NCBI GenBank assembly: GCA_964016885.1
Contig: OZ024755.1
Coordinates: forward strand, 26,846,001-26,910,000
Source of the DNA: Eledone cirrhosa
Lineage: Eukaryota
DNA: 64,000 nucleotides
Direction of reading: 5' to 3'
Position numbers and translations under genes: made by a program
Part shown: positions 28,001 through 38,889 of the stretch, piece after piece
How positions within the stretch are numbered: position 1 is the first letter of the stretch
How the letters are laid out: each line of letters begins with the position of its first letter
The notes under the pieces: generated by a model
The model's database searches: none
What the model was told of the DNA's origin: nothing
What the model saw: the letters and a program-made list of their open reading frames with translations, nothing else

Positions 28001-31000
28001 TAAACTAAACATATAGACAATGAATTTCATTAGGAGTAGAACTGCGAAAGGATCAATATTTATTAATAAGGATTTTATATTTTTTATGCCACTAAAATGG
28101 ATTTACATACCATCCTAAATGTTAAGTGAACAGATTGTGACAGATATTAAGTTACATTGACTTTATTCCACAATATACTACTCTATAGTGAAATCATTAT
28201 TAAAAAAATAAATACAATTAGGAATATTGAGCATGAAATATTTGTCAAAAAAGTAATTTGTATGACAGACAGTAACAGCTGGCAATGCTGCTTTGATAGA
28301 CACAAGTCCTGGCCACAAATCAATAAATAACAAATGTTTTTTTTTTTTTAAATAAGTTGATAAAAATAACAACACTATATTGAAAACAGCATTATTAAAC
28401 ACAAGCAATATAGAGTCCATATATGGTCATTTAAAACAGCACTATTAAACACACACAATAGAGAGCCCATATTTTTACTGTTGAAAACCAGAATGTACCA
28501 TCTCCACCATCTCTAACATCAAATTCCATAACAACTATGGAATTTACACCTGCAATGTTGCGATGTCACCTTAAGAATAAGCGCAACTATGCCTCCCCTG
28601 GTCTTGATGGTGTTACATACCTGCTTCTCAAACGTGGCGGGTACTTCCTTTTACACCAGCTTTCTTTCTTCTTTCAATACTGTCTCAACAATGGTGCTAC
28701 TCCGAGGCAGTGGAAAACTGCCAGTGTCATTCCCCTGTTCAAAAAGGGCAACCGCACGTCACCTGTCAACTATCGTCCAGTCAGTCTTACTAGTTGTATT
28801 GCCAAACTGATGGAATCCTGTGTCAGAGAAACACTTTGGAACTTCTGGAGCTCTCACAGCCTCATCCGGCCCTCGCAGTTTGGATTTATCCCTAACTCCA
28901 GCTGCTGTGATCAGCTTATCGAGTTCCTTGAAGACATCACCCGGATCACTGACAGCGGCTCATGAGTGGATGTTGTTTACCTTGACTTCGCTAAGGCTTT
29001 TAATTCTGTGCCACACAAAAGACTTATGGCAAAACTCTCTGTATTACTGATACTTTATTTTATTGACCCCATAAGGATGAAAGGCAAAGTTAACATCGGC
29101 GAGATTTGAACTCAGATCATAAAGGGCAGTAACTCTATGCTGTAAAGCATGGCGTCTGACCCTCAACTGTTACTGCCAATCCACCACCCTGAACTGGATG
29201 AATAATGAGGCAATATCATGTTCATACATACTAATTTTAGCATGGTTTCTTTGGCTGGTTGCCATTCCTAACAAAAAATATTTTACAAAGGATATTGGGT
29301 GCATGTTATCATGGCTGTTTCACTAGATAGGTTGTCATGTTCTCAACAAAACTAAAGAACCCTCTCTACCCTATGTTGCTTCTGCTGGATTCAATCATCA
29401 ACCACTGTACTGGGTACATTTTATCATGGCACTAATACAAAAAGATCGTTTTGTAAGACTAAAGAGACCTTTCCACTTCATGCAATCTCTGTTCTTTCAA
29501 AGAAAATGTGACTGAGAAGGTGATCTGAAGGGTATTGATGACAGGTTCAATGAATTTCAATGTTATAAACAAGAGATAAAACATAAAAGTTTAAAATTGA
29601 TTGCTACTTACTTCTCCAACATTGGCTTTAAACATCCTCAGCTCATCATTACACTCATATAAAGCTTTACCATTATTGCATACAGTATAGATTAGCATTC
29701 CAAGAGAAAACATATCACTAGCTGGACTGCAGGTCATAGTTAAGGAGTATTCTGGAGCCAAATAATCCAGTTTGGGCTGGGATATAGGAGGGAAATCAAC
29801 TTCCCATTCTTGAAATTCAAACTGAGAAAAAGAATTAAAAAAAATATAATATTAAAAAGTAAATAATTGTTTCTACTTTTGGCACAAGGCCAGCAATTAA
29901 CCCAGTGTATTACTGGTACTTTATTTTATCGACCCCTTAAGGATGAAAGGCAAAGTTAACCTCGGCGGGTTTTGAACTTAACCTCGGAGTAAATAATGAT
30001 TTCTAATTTAGACAGAAAGCCAGCAATTTGAGGGGAATGGAAGTCAACCAAGTATATCGACCCCAGTATTTTACTGGTACTCTATTTTACCAACCTCAGG
30101 AGGACAAAAGGCAAAGTTGACCACAATCGAATTTGTAAATAATCTATATATATAAAACTGAGGATGTCTGTCTGTGTCTGTGTGTGTGTGTGTCTGTGAG
30201 TTTGAATCCCTAAAACTCAAGAAGTACCCAACCGATTTTTTCCAAACTTTACATGTGTATTACTTATGTTTCATGGAGTGTTATACACATAAAACATTCT
30301 ACTTTTTGATCCCCCAGGGCCCACATTAGGTAAAAAAAACTGCGTTTTTTCAGCTTTTTAGGGGTTTTTTGAGGTGTTACGTCAGACCGATTTCCTTGAA
30401 ATTGTAACTATGTATTAGTCAATCTCTTCTTCATACCGTGAGCAAAGAAAATCCAACTTTTTTTATGGCCTAAGGTCCGCATTAGGTGAAAAATTTCATT
30501 TTTTCAGCTTTTTAGGGCTTTTTTGAGGTGTTACGTCTAGCCGATTTTCCCGAAATTTCAAGGCATATTATGCACATAAAATAAATTCATTTTCTTGATC
30601 CCCTAGGGCCCACATTAGGTGAAAACCTGCATTTTTCCTGCTTCATCGAGGAAAATCTTAAAGATTATCCAGCCATCAGAGTATTCGGTTTATTTTCTTT
30701 ACATATTGTCCAGGCATGCAGTTTTTCCACGATTAGGTCTGTTGGTGGCCCGCGTTCCAAAATACCTTATCCCGTGTGACGCCGTGTACCACTGCTAGTA
30801 TATAATAAATAAAATAATTAATCTATATATAATAAATAATATAATAAATACTATGTATAAATAAATATATATTTTTTATTTTACATTTATATATAGTATG
30901 TATCATTTGATATTTAATATAGTTATATCATCTCTACCACACACCCTACTATACCCTTAAGCCCCAGCGCCCCCTGGACCTTCTCAATGCCCCAACAGGG

Positions 31001-34000
31001 GGGGGGGGTTGTAGCGCCCACTTTGAGAACCTCCAATCAAAAGTATTCCAGCTATAACCATCCCATCATTTTTTTCCTATGCGCTGGAAATCTAGGACCA
31101 CCTTATTGAATGTGTCCTTGATTTATCATAGTAGGGTGAGACTTCAGGGAGGTTTGGTTGCTAATTCTTTCAGACTGAGCAACCATATAAAGGCTCCCAC
31201 ATTTGGATCCTATTATCTGTAAGTATAACTAAATGGTATGTAGTTTAGTCATCTCAATCTCACTAAGTAGCCATTATGAAAAACACTATCAAGTTTAAAG
31301 AACACTGTTGTTATATTTTATCAATTGTTTTCATTATCATATTTATAAATCCACAGAAACTTACATGTTGGCTAGATTTGTTGCTATTGGAAATACAGAA
31401 TTCAAATCCACTAAGTTTCCAGGCACCATTTTTGTTTACAATGATAGATTCAGGGCAAATATTATGGTGCATCATGTTGACGTCATTGTGTAAGAAGACC
31501 AATGCTTCCACAAGCTAGAGAGAGAAAACAAATTGCGTAAATTCATCTCAAATAACAATAATATCAAATAATAAAGAAAACAAAAGTAGTTTAAAAACCA
31601 GGTAACGTAACCATCAATAGTTATAGATTAAAGAGACAACAATGAGAATAATGATGGGTCTCTGATTTAGGCACAAGGCCAGCAATTTTGGAGGAAGAGG
31701 AAAGTCGATTAAATCGACCCCAGTCCATGACTGGTACTTTATATTATCAACCATGTAAGGATGAAAGGCAAAGCTAATCTCAGCAGGATTTGAACTCAGA
31801 ATGTAAACGGCTGTAACTATATGCTGTAAAGCATGTTATCCGATGCTCTACCGATTATGCCAATCCACCGCCCTAATGAAATCTTCCATTTTCAGAGAAA
31901 AAGAAATAATGAAATTACAACCTTCATTCATATGATTTCCAATAAGTATTTGTGAGGTAAATCAAACACTTAACCTTCTTGGTGCTGTCGGCGACATACA
32001 TCACCGACAGAATAATCTCCCCTTGATACATAATACAGTATCAAGGGAAGCAATTCATGAAAAGAATTCAGCATGCTGAAGGTTAAGCTAGCAACTGAAA
32101 CAGTCATGAAATCCAGTTTATAAAATGGTTTACTAATGTTCTGCAATGAGAGAATCAGAGACATGAGGTGTTCCAGATTACAAAGCAGTATAAAGCAGGA
32201 CACTGGAGAAAAGTGTATTTAGAATGATACTTGTGCACTTAGCTTTACCAACGCTGAGAAGAAATAGTTGAATGTGGAGAAGGTGTAAGAAGAAGAGAAA
32301 CTACTCTCAGTAAATCCAAGAGGCACCAGCTATTAAAGTTGACATATAGTCAAAGAAGCTATAAAGGACAAGAAATGAGAAGCTGCTGGACCATCAGGGA
32401 TAGTTGCTAAGATGTTAAAAATATCTGATAATGGAGGGATTGAGCTAGTCACTCACATAATCAACCATGTAATACATGATTGTGTCTTAACCAATGAATG
32501 GCAGAGTAGTACAACCATTAACTGCTACAAGGGCAAAGGTAATGCATTGGAAAGAAGCAATTACATAGGCATCAAAATGATGGATCAAGTTATGAAAGTA
32601 ACAGAAATAGTGTTAGCACAACTAATCAGGAATAGAATTAGTTTGAACTTGTGTTAGAACAAAGAACCACCGATGCTCTCTTAGTGAGAAAACTGCAAGA
32701 GAAATTGAAGAATAAGCCAGTATACCTTACATTCGTTGATTTAGAGAAGACTTTGACAGAGTATGAAGCTCTTTAGTATGGTGATCTATGATAATGAGGT
32801 ATAGATGACCTGCTTGTCAGAGTAATGCAAGGTCTGTACAAAGATATAGTTAGTAAAGTAAGGCATGGACATTAAATGCAGAGGTTAGAAAGGCTAGAAA
32901 GAAATGAATACTCCATTGGATGTGTAATATTAGTGTGCATGAATAATGAAGCTCAGATGTGTTGAGAAAAAAATTAGGTATAAGAGGAATCAAATATAGT
33001 ATGAAGAAAAGAAGATTGTGTTGAAGACCTGGACATAAAATGCATATGGATGATGATTGTTGAGTAAAGTAGTACCAGAAATTATAAATGGAATGAAGCT
33101 GTGAAAGAAGATCAAGGATGACGTGAACAGATCTGGTAAAACTTGATGTCAGGATGATGAATTTTACATATGAGATGACAAAAGAAATAGAGTAGTGGAG
33201 GGATGCTGTACTGTAGATTTGTCTAATCCATGCAAGCATGAACAAGTGGATGTAAAAATGATGATGATGATATGGTAACTATCAAAGAAAGAAGTTGAAG
33301 GAGTTAAATCTTTTGACTTAAGCTTCCACCACTGCATATATCATATTTATATCTCAATCACTTATTAAAAAGCATCTAGAAAAAAACTACCACTTTATCT
33401 ATTACTTTTATGCAGAAATGTGTGTAAAGTAATTTAAAATGCAAAAAAGCAACATAATTTATAGAGAAGAAAATTGGGGCATACAATTGATAGTGAATCT
33501 TTTCAACAGAAACTACTGCAGTAAGTGATATGAACCAGCCACAACTAAGAACTGAAACTTTGCTCTACTCTGCTAAACAAACAAGTAGAGAGATTAAAAA
33601 CAATAATGAAATAAGCCATTGCCATCTGTAGGAGAAGATAAGATTAAAAAAATAGCTAGATACAAAATATTTAATTGTACTCATAATGTATAACCTCACC
33701 TGAAGCAAACCATATTTAATTTCAACTTCATATAACTTGTGTTCTTCTAGTTCCTTTGGCAGGGGAACTGGTAGATTCTGATAATTCTTTATAACATTGG
33801 CAAGACTTGCAAATATTGGTTCTGTAGCAAATGCTAAACTTTCTCTGCAGATTGATGAAATGATAGAATTTATCAAATGGATAGATAAGGTATAAAACAA
33901 CTCATGCAAAATCTATCAATGTTAAGTGTTATAGAACCATGCTAAATGGCTTCCCGGGTATATGTCTGATAACATGAACCAACATCTTTAAAAAGGTAGC

Positions 34001-37000
34001 ATTATCTATATACTACTAAAACTCTGTGATTGTGTGCTTGTCTGTTATACAATACAGCCAAAACGACACATAATGGGAATTGCCCCCTGAAATGTGAATA
34101 CAAATGGAATAAAACATGTTTTGCATAAATTGGAGCATGGGTTGCTGAGATACAGGTGGGGTTTCTGGGTACTTTCATAAATAGAGAGAGAGAGAAATAT
34201 AGAGAAAGAAATAGTGGTTATGAGAGAGTAGATTGAAAGAGAGACATAGAGAGAGAATATGTATACACACACATACATATACATATATATAATGGTATAT
34301 ATATGGGCCTTCCAATTTCATTTTACAATATATACATGTCTGTGTATATTTTGATTATTCAAAAATTATTTTTAAGTTAACATGATTTAAAAAAATATAT
34401 TTTTAAGTGAATGTGACCCAACGGGTCACGGATGGTCTAGTTTTTCTTAAAAGTTTCACCTATTTACCTGATTGTTGTTGATTGTGGGTGGTACAGGACC
34501 AAGAATGCCAGAAGTTTCCAGCACTACAGGCTCAATGACAAACTTATTGGAAAGCAGCTGATGCTTCAACAGTTTGTGATCTTCAGCTTGTTTTATATTG
34601 TTTTTATCACTACCAACACAACATAGACGTCAATGAGTAGATGTTTTCTCACTTAGTCAGAATGAACCTTTTCAGGGCAACTGAGAAACAGTTAGGAAGT
34701 GGAGAGGAATATATCACACTGAAGATCTAGCCTGAATGCTTACAATGGAATAGACTCTGCTAAAGGACCCCAAAATGACAAATTAAGTCTAACACCCAAG
34801 TAGGCCGTAGTGGGATTTGATCAAGGAATGTTAAGCATCAGACAAATACCACAAGGCACTCATCCGATGTTCTAATAATTCTATCAGTCCACCACATGGC
34901 ACAAGTACTTTATGTATTGAGCCTGAAAGGCTGAAAGGCAAAATTGACCATAGCAGAATTTCATTACAGAATGTAATGAACCAGGTCAAATGTGATACGG
35001 CATATCATCCAACACTAAAACAATTAAATTACTATCTTCCCCATCAGACAGTCAAACTCTGCTCTCCCACTTAATTACTACTAATCAAATTTCTTAGTGA
35101 TTAAGATATGAAATTATCTGTGATTAACCACAGATCACAGAAAATAACATACTTTACCTTAAGATATAAAAACTTTCTTCAGTTCAAGAAAATAACTATT
35201 GCAAAATTAGCTAAAGTTAGTATGCTGTTAGAATAGTTCTGACATTTTAACTAGAGTCTGCAGACTATCACTAGTTTCCTCAGATTTAAAATGTTCCTTG
35301 TTTGAAAAGTGAATAGTAGTATAACTTCATAGCTGTGAGAGAAAGCACCCAAATGTTAAGAAGGTCTTTATATTAAACAAAAATAATAATAAAACATTAA
35401 AAGCATTAAAAGATATTTATGCTCCAGCAAATAAAATATTCTGTGAAACTACACAAGCTACACAAATAAGTAAATTTGTGTAAAACAAATTGTCAATCTC
35501 ATCTTTTTCTGAAATATATCATACATAGCAAGAATTGCTTTCAGATACTTATAAAATTATACAGCTGTTTATTTAACCCTTTAACATTTAAACTGGCCAT
35601 ATCTGGCCAGAATTCTCTCACCTCTTTCTGTTCAAACTGGCCATCACTGACCACTCATACTGATGTTAAGGTAGTGTTCTCAAAATAAATAAATTCAAAA
35701 TCTTGTAGATTCGATATTATGTAAGATAAAACCTTTACACACAAAAATACAATAGTATATATCACCTTGATCACCTTGACCGACCAGTCTGTCGGGCGCC
35801 GATCGGCGCCACTTGTCACAGCACGTCGTGCTGTTTTAGCCATAAGATTACGCCATCCCACTGGCTGGGCGGGCAGGCCGGTACTCATTTCTACAGCTGA
35901 GTAAACTGGAGCAACGTGAAATAAAGTGTCTTGCTCAAGGAAACAACACATCACCCGGTCCGAGAATTGAACTCACAACTTTTCGATTGCAAGCCCAATG
36001 CTCTAACCACTAAGCCATGCGCCTTCACACAATAGTATATAGAGAGTAATCTAATTGCTAAAGGGTTCATTTTAAAGCTACAAAGAATTAATAGATAACC
36101 ACTTACCGTGATTCTTCCAGTGGATGTAGAACAGATAGAATTCTTGGGTGCCGTAACCGTGTTAATTGTGACACTCCCCTTTTTAAGACATCAGTGATAA
36201 TATCTCGGTCTCGCTTAGAGTACCGCTCAAGTAATCTCTTTTCAAATACAAATATAGCTACCTCCTAAAGCAATCGGAAAATAAAATACAATCATAAGAT
36301 ACAAAGCAACAAAATGTACAGCTAAACATTTCTCCTCTGAAACAGCAACAACAATAACAAAAACAATTAGATTACCATACCACAGAGAGGTAGAGTATCT
36401 GTGACCAGGTGAAAGACTTTGATATCTAGATTTATGTGAGTGTGTGTGTGTGTATGTGTGTGTGTATGTATGTATGTATTCCATGGTATTGCAAAATGTA
36501 ATGAATGTCGATGTGTAGCAGGACTGAAGCGGCATGTGAAGGTTCACAGGTAACCTGATGCCAGACCTGATGCGAGGGAGATCCGTAGTTGTCGTCAATG
36601 TGCGAAGGAGTGCAAGTCTCTCGCAGGCTTGAAAAGCCATATCTGAGCGTCACACGTGAATTTGACAAGCGATTGCAATACTTTTAGTGAGAGTTTGCAG
36701 CCATCATGTATGTATGTAGGAAGAAATGACCTCAGTACTGGACTGGTACTTTTTTTTATCATCGGAAAGATGAAAAGCAAAGTAGACCTTGGCAGGATTT
36801 GAAATCAGAAGTGCAGAAAGCCAGAATGAATGCCGTAAAGCATTATATCTACTGCTAATTCACTACCTTCATTTTAACTATACCTTACCATTCTCATCAT
36901 CATCATCATCACCTTTATACTCATCAATAGCATAACCACCAACAATAACAAATAACACTGCATCAAACCAAAGAGGAACCTCATTGCTACATCGTCTAAT

Positions 37001-37775
37001 CAATCTGCTAGAAATAGCAGGTAAATTCTCCTCGAATTAGAATCTTCCATCTTAAAAAGGGAGAAACACTAGATTAGTAAATTCCTTAATACACACTAGC
37101 TGAGAGAAGGACAGCATGATCGTGTTTAGAACAGCTTTATCCATAGGCCTGCTTGATCAAAGCTGAACTATGACTAATAATCAAGGTAGTCTCTCAACTT
37201 GGTAGCTCAACTTGATATAAACAGCTGACATGTTATCCTTAAATCACAAACTGCCATCTTTAAAAAAAGTATTTAACCCTTTAGCATTTAAACCTGCCAT
37301 ATCCGGCTAGAATTCTCTCACCTTTTTCTGTTTAAATCAGCAGTAACTGGCTACTTATACCAATGTTAAGGTATTATACTCAAAATAAATAACATCAAAA
37401 TCTTGTAGCTTCAATATTAGGTGAGATAATTATTTAAGATAAAGCCTTCATCACAAAAATACAATAAGTATATATAGAGTTATGTGAATGCTAAAGGGTT
37501 AAAGCTACATTAAACAATGTAGTATTAGACACAAGATGTATCATGGTTAGAACACTGTTGATAATATGTCTGCTTGATCAGAGCTGATTTAAGCATAAAC
37601 AATGATAATTGATAATTTCTACCTGTTTTGTTGTTCTCTTCACACCATTGTATACCTTCCATAATAAACCAGGCCCAGCACTGGCAATTTGACTTAAAAG
37701 TTCAAAATCCCTTGACAGTGGATTTCCAGGTAAAGCATTGCTCACAACAGTTTTCAACTTGTTAAACATGTCCAT
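969..37775 (-). CDS. SCYL2: SCY1-like protein 2 (CVAK104) pseudokinase; whole spliced CDS, 16 coding exons, about 937 aa (944 with the candidate micro-exon)
   Basis: All 16 exons have GT-AG boundaries and compatible phases; lengths sum to 2814 nt. N-terminal pseudokinase (VAIF, HHN and GFE in place of VAIK, HRD and DFG; APE retained), HEAT-repeat region, coiled coil, SLTMEEKQRLAREQ motif and C-terminal LDDIFG all match the SCYL2 architecture. Confidence 0.95.
1860..2219 (-). repeat. Dispersed repeat shared with about 27380-27745; Helitron-like 5' end (TCTATAATAAAA)
   Basis: Long shared blocks such as ttcaaagtaatccaacttattttactaatgggataaaaa. Confidence 0.7.
2228..2383 (-). CDS. SCYL2: SCYL2 coding exon 15 (MDKFISGHGLNSLL...FNQPAK)
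   Basis: 156 nt; acceptor tttag|; donor |gtaggt; phase 0-0. Confidence 0.88.
2900..3460 (+). mobile_element. Dispersed repeat family, probably non-autonomous and LINE-derived; copies at about 16012-16450 (+), 19590-20035 (-) and 20325-20460 (-)
   Basis: Shared cttggtgaggaggg..ttggacaccctg..gga.gaaaaacaaaacc.gtcaaaggg block. Confidence 0.7.
8303..8481. mobile_element. Tc1/mariner-type MITE, degenerate
   Basis: TA-flanked ends TA|CAGGGGTAGGCT...AGCTGACCCTCG|TA. Confidence 0.5.
9607..10010 (+). mobile_element. Two head-to-tail family-A SINEs
   Basis: Same head, core and tail as 37936-38128. Confidence 0.85.
10686..10706 (-). CDS. SCYL2: Candidate 21-nt SCYL2 micro-exon (NERDDSK)
   Basis: Pyrimidine-rich tract and aaaccag| acceptor; donor AAG|gtaagc; frame-preserving between phase-0 neighbours. 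Confidence 0.6.
12196..12480. repeat. 48-bp minisatellite, about 6 units, derived from a SINE body motif
   Basis: Unit gtgacacaacaaaaagcacccagtccaccctgtaatgtggtcatgctg; related arrays at about 17705-17905, 55965-56150 and 58100-58440. Confidence 0.88.
12581..12665 (-). CDS. SCYL2: SCYL2 coding exon 14 (TVEITKVTIPDDKTLLPELISPPSSNTM)
   Basis: 85 nt; tctttag| ... |gtaagt; phase 2-0. Confidence 0.88.
13780..14670 (+). mobile_element. Tandem array of four family-A SINEs, followed by an inverted partial copy to about 14815
   Basis: Heads at about 13803, 14041, 14249 and 14477; the middle two are a near-identical 208-bp duplication. Confidence 0.88.
15063..15163 (-). CDS. SCYL2: SCYL2 coding exon 13 (FSAYIAVVKEMINKVENEQKGKLEQLSSMHEEQ), coiled coil
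   Basis: 101 nt; ctccag| ... |gtaagt; phase 0-2. Confidence 0.92.
15191..15406. mobile_element. piggyBac-type MITE
   Basis: TTAA|CCCTTTAGCATTT ... AATGCTTAAAGG|TTAA; related copies at about 22797-22998, 35573-36068, 37273-37502, 53410-53623 and 55183-55393. Confidence 0.8.
16893..16946 (-). ncRNA. Degenerate minimal hammerhead-like motif
   Basis: Minus strand reads auaguacca CUGAUGA ugucaca-ga-ugugcaac GAAA gaacuu ugauagacuau; core is present but stems are imperfect. Confidence 0.4.
17291..17409 (-). CDS. SCYL2: SCYL2 coding exon 12 (ILKVTFSHPKLGFTKEILATKVIPFLVPLCIENNLNLNQ)
   Basis: 119 nt; tttgcag| ... |gtaagt; phase 1-0. Confidence 0.93.
18690..18945 (+). mobile_element. RTE-clade LINE 3' end
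   Basis: Translates to RLHWYGHVM...KTWVEVVRADLRSLKLTEEMTKDRDEWRDAV; runs into a microsatellite. Confidence 0.75.
18943..19075. repeat. Compound microsatellite (GAT/GGT/GAG/GAA/GAAAAA)
   Basis: Seen directly; it generates several spurious ORFs. Confidence 0.9.
19149..19281 (-). CDS. SCYL2: SCYL2 coding exon 11 (VRVGCLVCIGKLLEYMDKW...EPGVLMSIL)
   Basis: 133 nt; cttcag| ... |gtatgt; phase 0-1. Confidence 0.94.
21058..21171 (-). CDS. SCYL2: SCYL2 coding exon 10 (ELVLTIIPTFASLIEY...ATSSLS)
   Basis: 114 nt; ttgcag| ... |gtgaat; phase 0-0. Confidence 0.93.
23118..23240 (-). CDS. SCYL2: SCYL2 coding exon 9 (ILLIFLQNMTLLLGKT...SNDPQIQ)
   Basis: 123 nt; attcag| ... |gtaaat; phase 0-0. Confidence 0.94.
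24055..24231 (-). CDS. SCYL2: SCYL2 coding exon 8 (RVNQQRILPPL...NPDMIPFVLP...KPVQ)
   Basis: 177 nt; tttcag| ... |gtaagt; phase 0-0. Confidence 0.94.
24655..24993 (-). mobile_element. tRNA-derived SINE with a CORE/Meta-like central domain (family B)
   Basis: Head ggcgcatggcttagtggttagagc (A box), then tgtgtccttgagcaagacactt; related copies at about 8685-9040 (+), 12755-12970 (-), 35762-36028 (-) and 61030-61105 (+). Confidence 0.8.
25754..25879 (-). CDS. SCYL2: SCYL2 coding exon 7 (IPFFEDVGSMTLQYLDTLFQRDNLQKSKFFKGLPKIIAKLPK)
   Basis: 126 nt; ttacag| ... |gtaaat; strongly SCYL2-like peptide. Confidence 0.95.
26798..26914 (-). CDS. SCYL2: SCYL2 coding exon 6 (LRHLTPSRLQ...VRPDANQLTK)
   Basis: 117 nt; ttctag| ... 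|gtaagc; kinase subdomain XI (RP). Confidence 0.94.
27769..27912. repeat. About 66-bp tandem duplication
   Basis: tatccaggtatttatgc...taaagacctc occurs twice, plus a partial third copy. Confidence 0.85.
28478..29041 (+). mobile_element. Internal RT fragment of the same CR1 family, antisense in a SCYL2 intron
   Basis: Peptide nearly identical to the region about 49060-49619; TGG>TGA stop at 28963; truncated where a SINE begins. Confidence 0.92.
29612..29821 (-). CDS. SCYL2: SCYL2 coding exon 5 (FEFQEWE...LDYLAPEY...SDMFSLG...VGE)
   Basis: 210 nt; tctcag| ... |gtaagt; APE and DxFSxG kinase motifs. Confidence 0.95.
30143..30798 (+). mobile_element. Non-autonomous Helitron inserted in a hAT-MITE remnant
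   Basis: 5' TC, (TG)n tract, internal repeats, subterminal GC-rich hairpin, 3' CTAG; inserted between A and T with no TSD; the empty site is visible in the MITE copy at 51140-51157. Confidence 0.88.
31365..31514 (-). CDS. SCYL2: SCYL2 coding exon 4 (LVEALVFLHND...HHNICPESI...WKLSGFEF...QH)
   Basis: 150 nt; ctctag| ... |gtaagt; degenerate catalytic loop. Confidence 0.95.
32050..33270 (+). mobile_element. Degenerate RTE-clade LINE (RT region to 3' end)
   Basis: CYKGKGNALERSNYIGIKMMDQVMK and FVDLEK-like RT motifs, with stops and frameshifts; (ATG)n tail. Confidence 0.8.
33700..33844 (-). CDS. SCYL2: SCYL2 coding exon 3 (ESLAFATEPIFASLAN...EIKYGLLQ)
   Basis: 145 nt; ctgcag| ... |gtgagg; phase 2-0. 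Confidence 0.95.
34005..34440 (+). mobile_element. Non-autonomous Helitron, second family
   Basis: A|TCTATATAC start; perfect hairpin GTGACCC-AAC-GGGTCAC about 10 nt before CTAG|T. Confidence 0.82.
35573..36068. mobile_element. piggyBac-type MITE with a nested tRNA-derived SINE (35762-36028, minus strand)
   Basis: MITE halves flank the SINE; 13-bp TSD ACAATAGTATATA at 35749-61 and 36029-41. Confidence 0.85.
36107..36264 (-). CDS. SCYL2: SCYL2 coding exon 2 (EVAIFVFEKR...QLTRLRHPRILSVLHPLEESR)
   Basis: 158 nt; ctttag| ... |gtaagt; LRHP motif of the SCY1 family; absent from the ORF track. Confidence 0.95.
37273..37502. mobile_element. piggyBac-type MITE
   Basis: TTAA target duplication and TIRs CCCTTTAGCATT / AATGCTAAAGGG. 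Confidence 0.85.
37623..37775 (-). CDS. SCYL2: SCYL2 first coding exon (MDMFNKLK...GNPL...GPGLLWKVYNG...TKQ)
   Basis: ATG at 37775; the exon extends as 5'UTR to the acceptor ttttccag| at 37796-37797; donor |gtagaa. Confidence 0.95.
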
Positions 37776-37935
37776 TTTTCAATTAATTAATAATTCTGGA
37801 AAAGAAAGGATAGAATATCAAGATAAACAAAACAACAGAATCCATTCAATCTTATATTGTACAGGCATTTTAAATGTTTTCAATGAAACAAACAAAAGCA
37901 AATGTTCTCTAGTCACCATCATTATTATAAAAGAA

Positions 37936-38128
37936 GAGCGGTGAATTGGCAGTATCGGTAGAGGGTTGGACGCCATGCTTTCTAGCATAGTTACGTCCCT
38001 TTACGGTTTGAGTTCAAATCCCGCTGAGGTTAACTTTGCCTTTCATCCTTACGGGGTCGATAAAATAAAGTACCAGTAATGTACTGAGTAATTGCTGGCC
38101 TTGTGCCTAAAGTAGAAACAATTATTAT
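37936..38128 (+). mobile_element. tRNA-derived SINE with a Deu/Nin-like core (family A), with TSD
   Basis: A box (tggcagtatcggtag), B box (gttcaaatccc), core tttgcctttcatccttacggggtcgataaa..gtaccag, ATT tail; attattataaaagaagagc repeated at 37921-39 and 38121-39. Confidence 0.88.
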
Positions 38129-38889
38129 AAAAGAAGAGCTGTTTTTCCGTCTGTCTGTCCATCACACTTCTATGTATATAGACTGTAGGAGTGAAAAGGG
38201 AAGGCAACCTTTTTATTTTTAAGTTGAGAGGAGAAGGGAGATAAATTATGTCATGCTTATAGTTTATTGCAAGCTTAAGAATCTACATGGTGAGGAGTCA
38301 GTGGAGAGGGGGGCACCTTGTTTTAGTATCTCTAATAAATATAAATTCTATTTTTCATTTGTCTTCTTGCTCCCCCAAGATTGACAGATTAAAGGGGGAA
38401 AACTACAATGGAATAAACTATTTAATCTCTAATCAATTCTATTTTCATACGCAAACAAATAATCTTGTATATTTCCTTCACCAATACTTTGGTAAACATG
38501 GGGAGGTTATGTTTTCCGAGAAGGCTGAAATGAGGCTGAAATATGTGGATAATTTACAATAGTGTAATGTCTCTTCATCATCACTTTTATGTCCACTTTC
38601 CATGCTGGCATGGGTTGGAAGGGTTGTTATAGTCTGAGATACTAATCTTGCGAATTGCATTCTATGTTTGGCATGATTTCTACAGTTGGATGCCCTTCCT
38701 AATGACAACTGCCTTACAGGGTGTACTGAGTGTGTTTTCTGTGACACAAGCACTATCACTTGATAGTATGGACTGGGTGCATTTTATTATGGTACCAACA
38801 CTAATTCATTACAGGGTGTATTAGCTGCATTTTATCATGGCACCAACACCAGAAAGGTTGTCACATGCAAAAAAGTCTCCTCAAACCTT

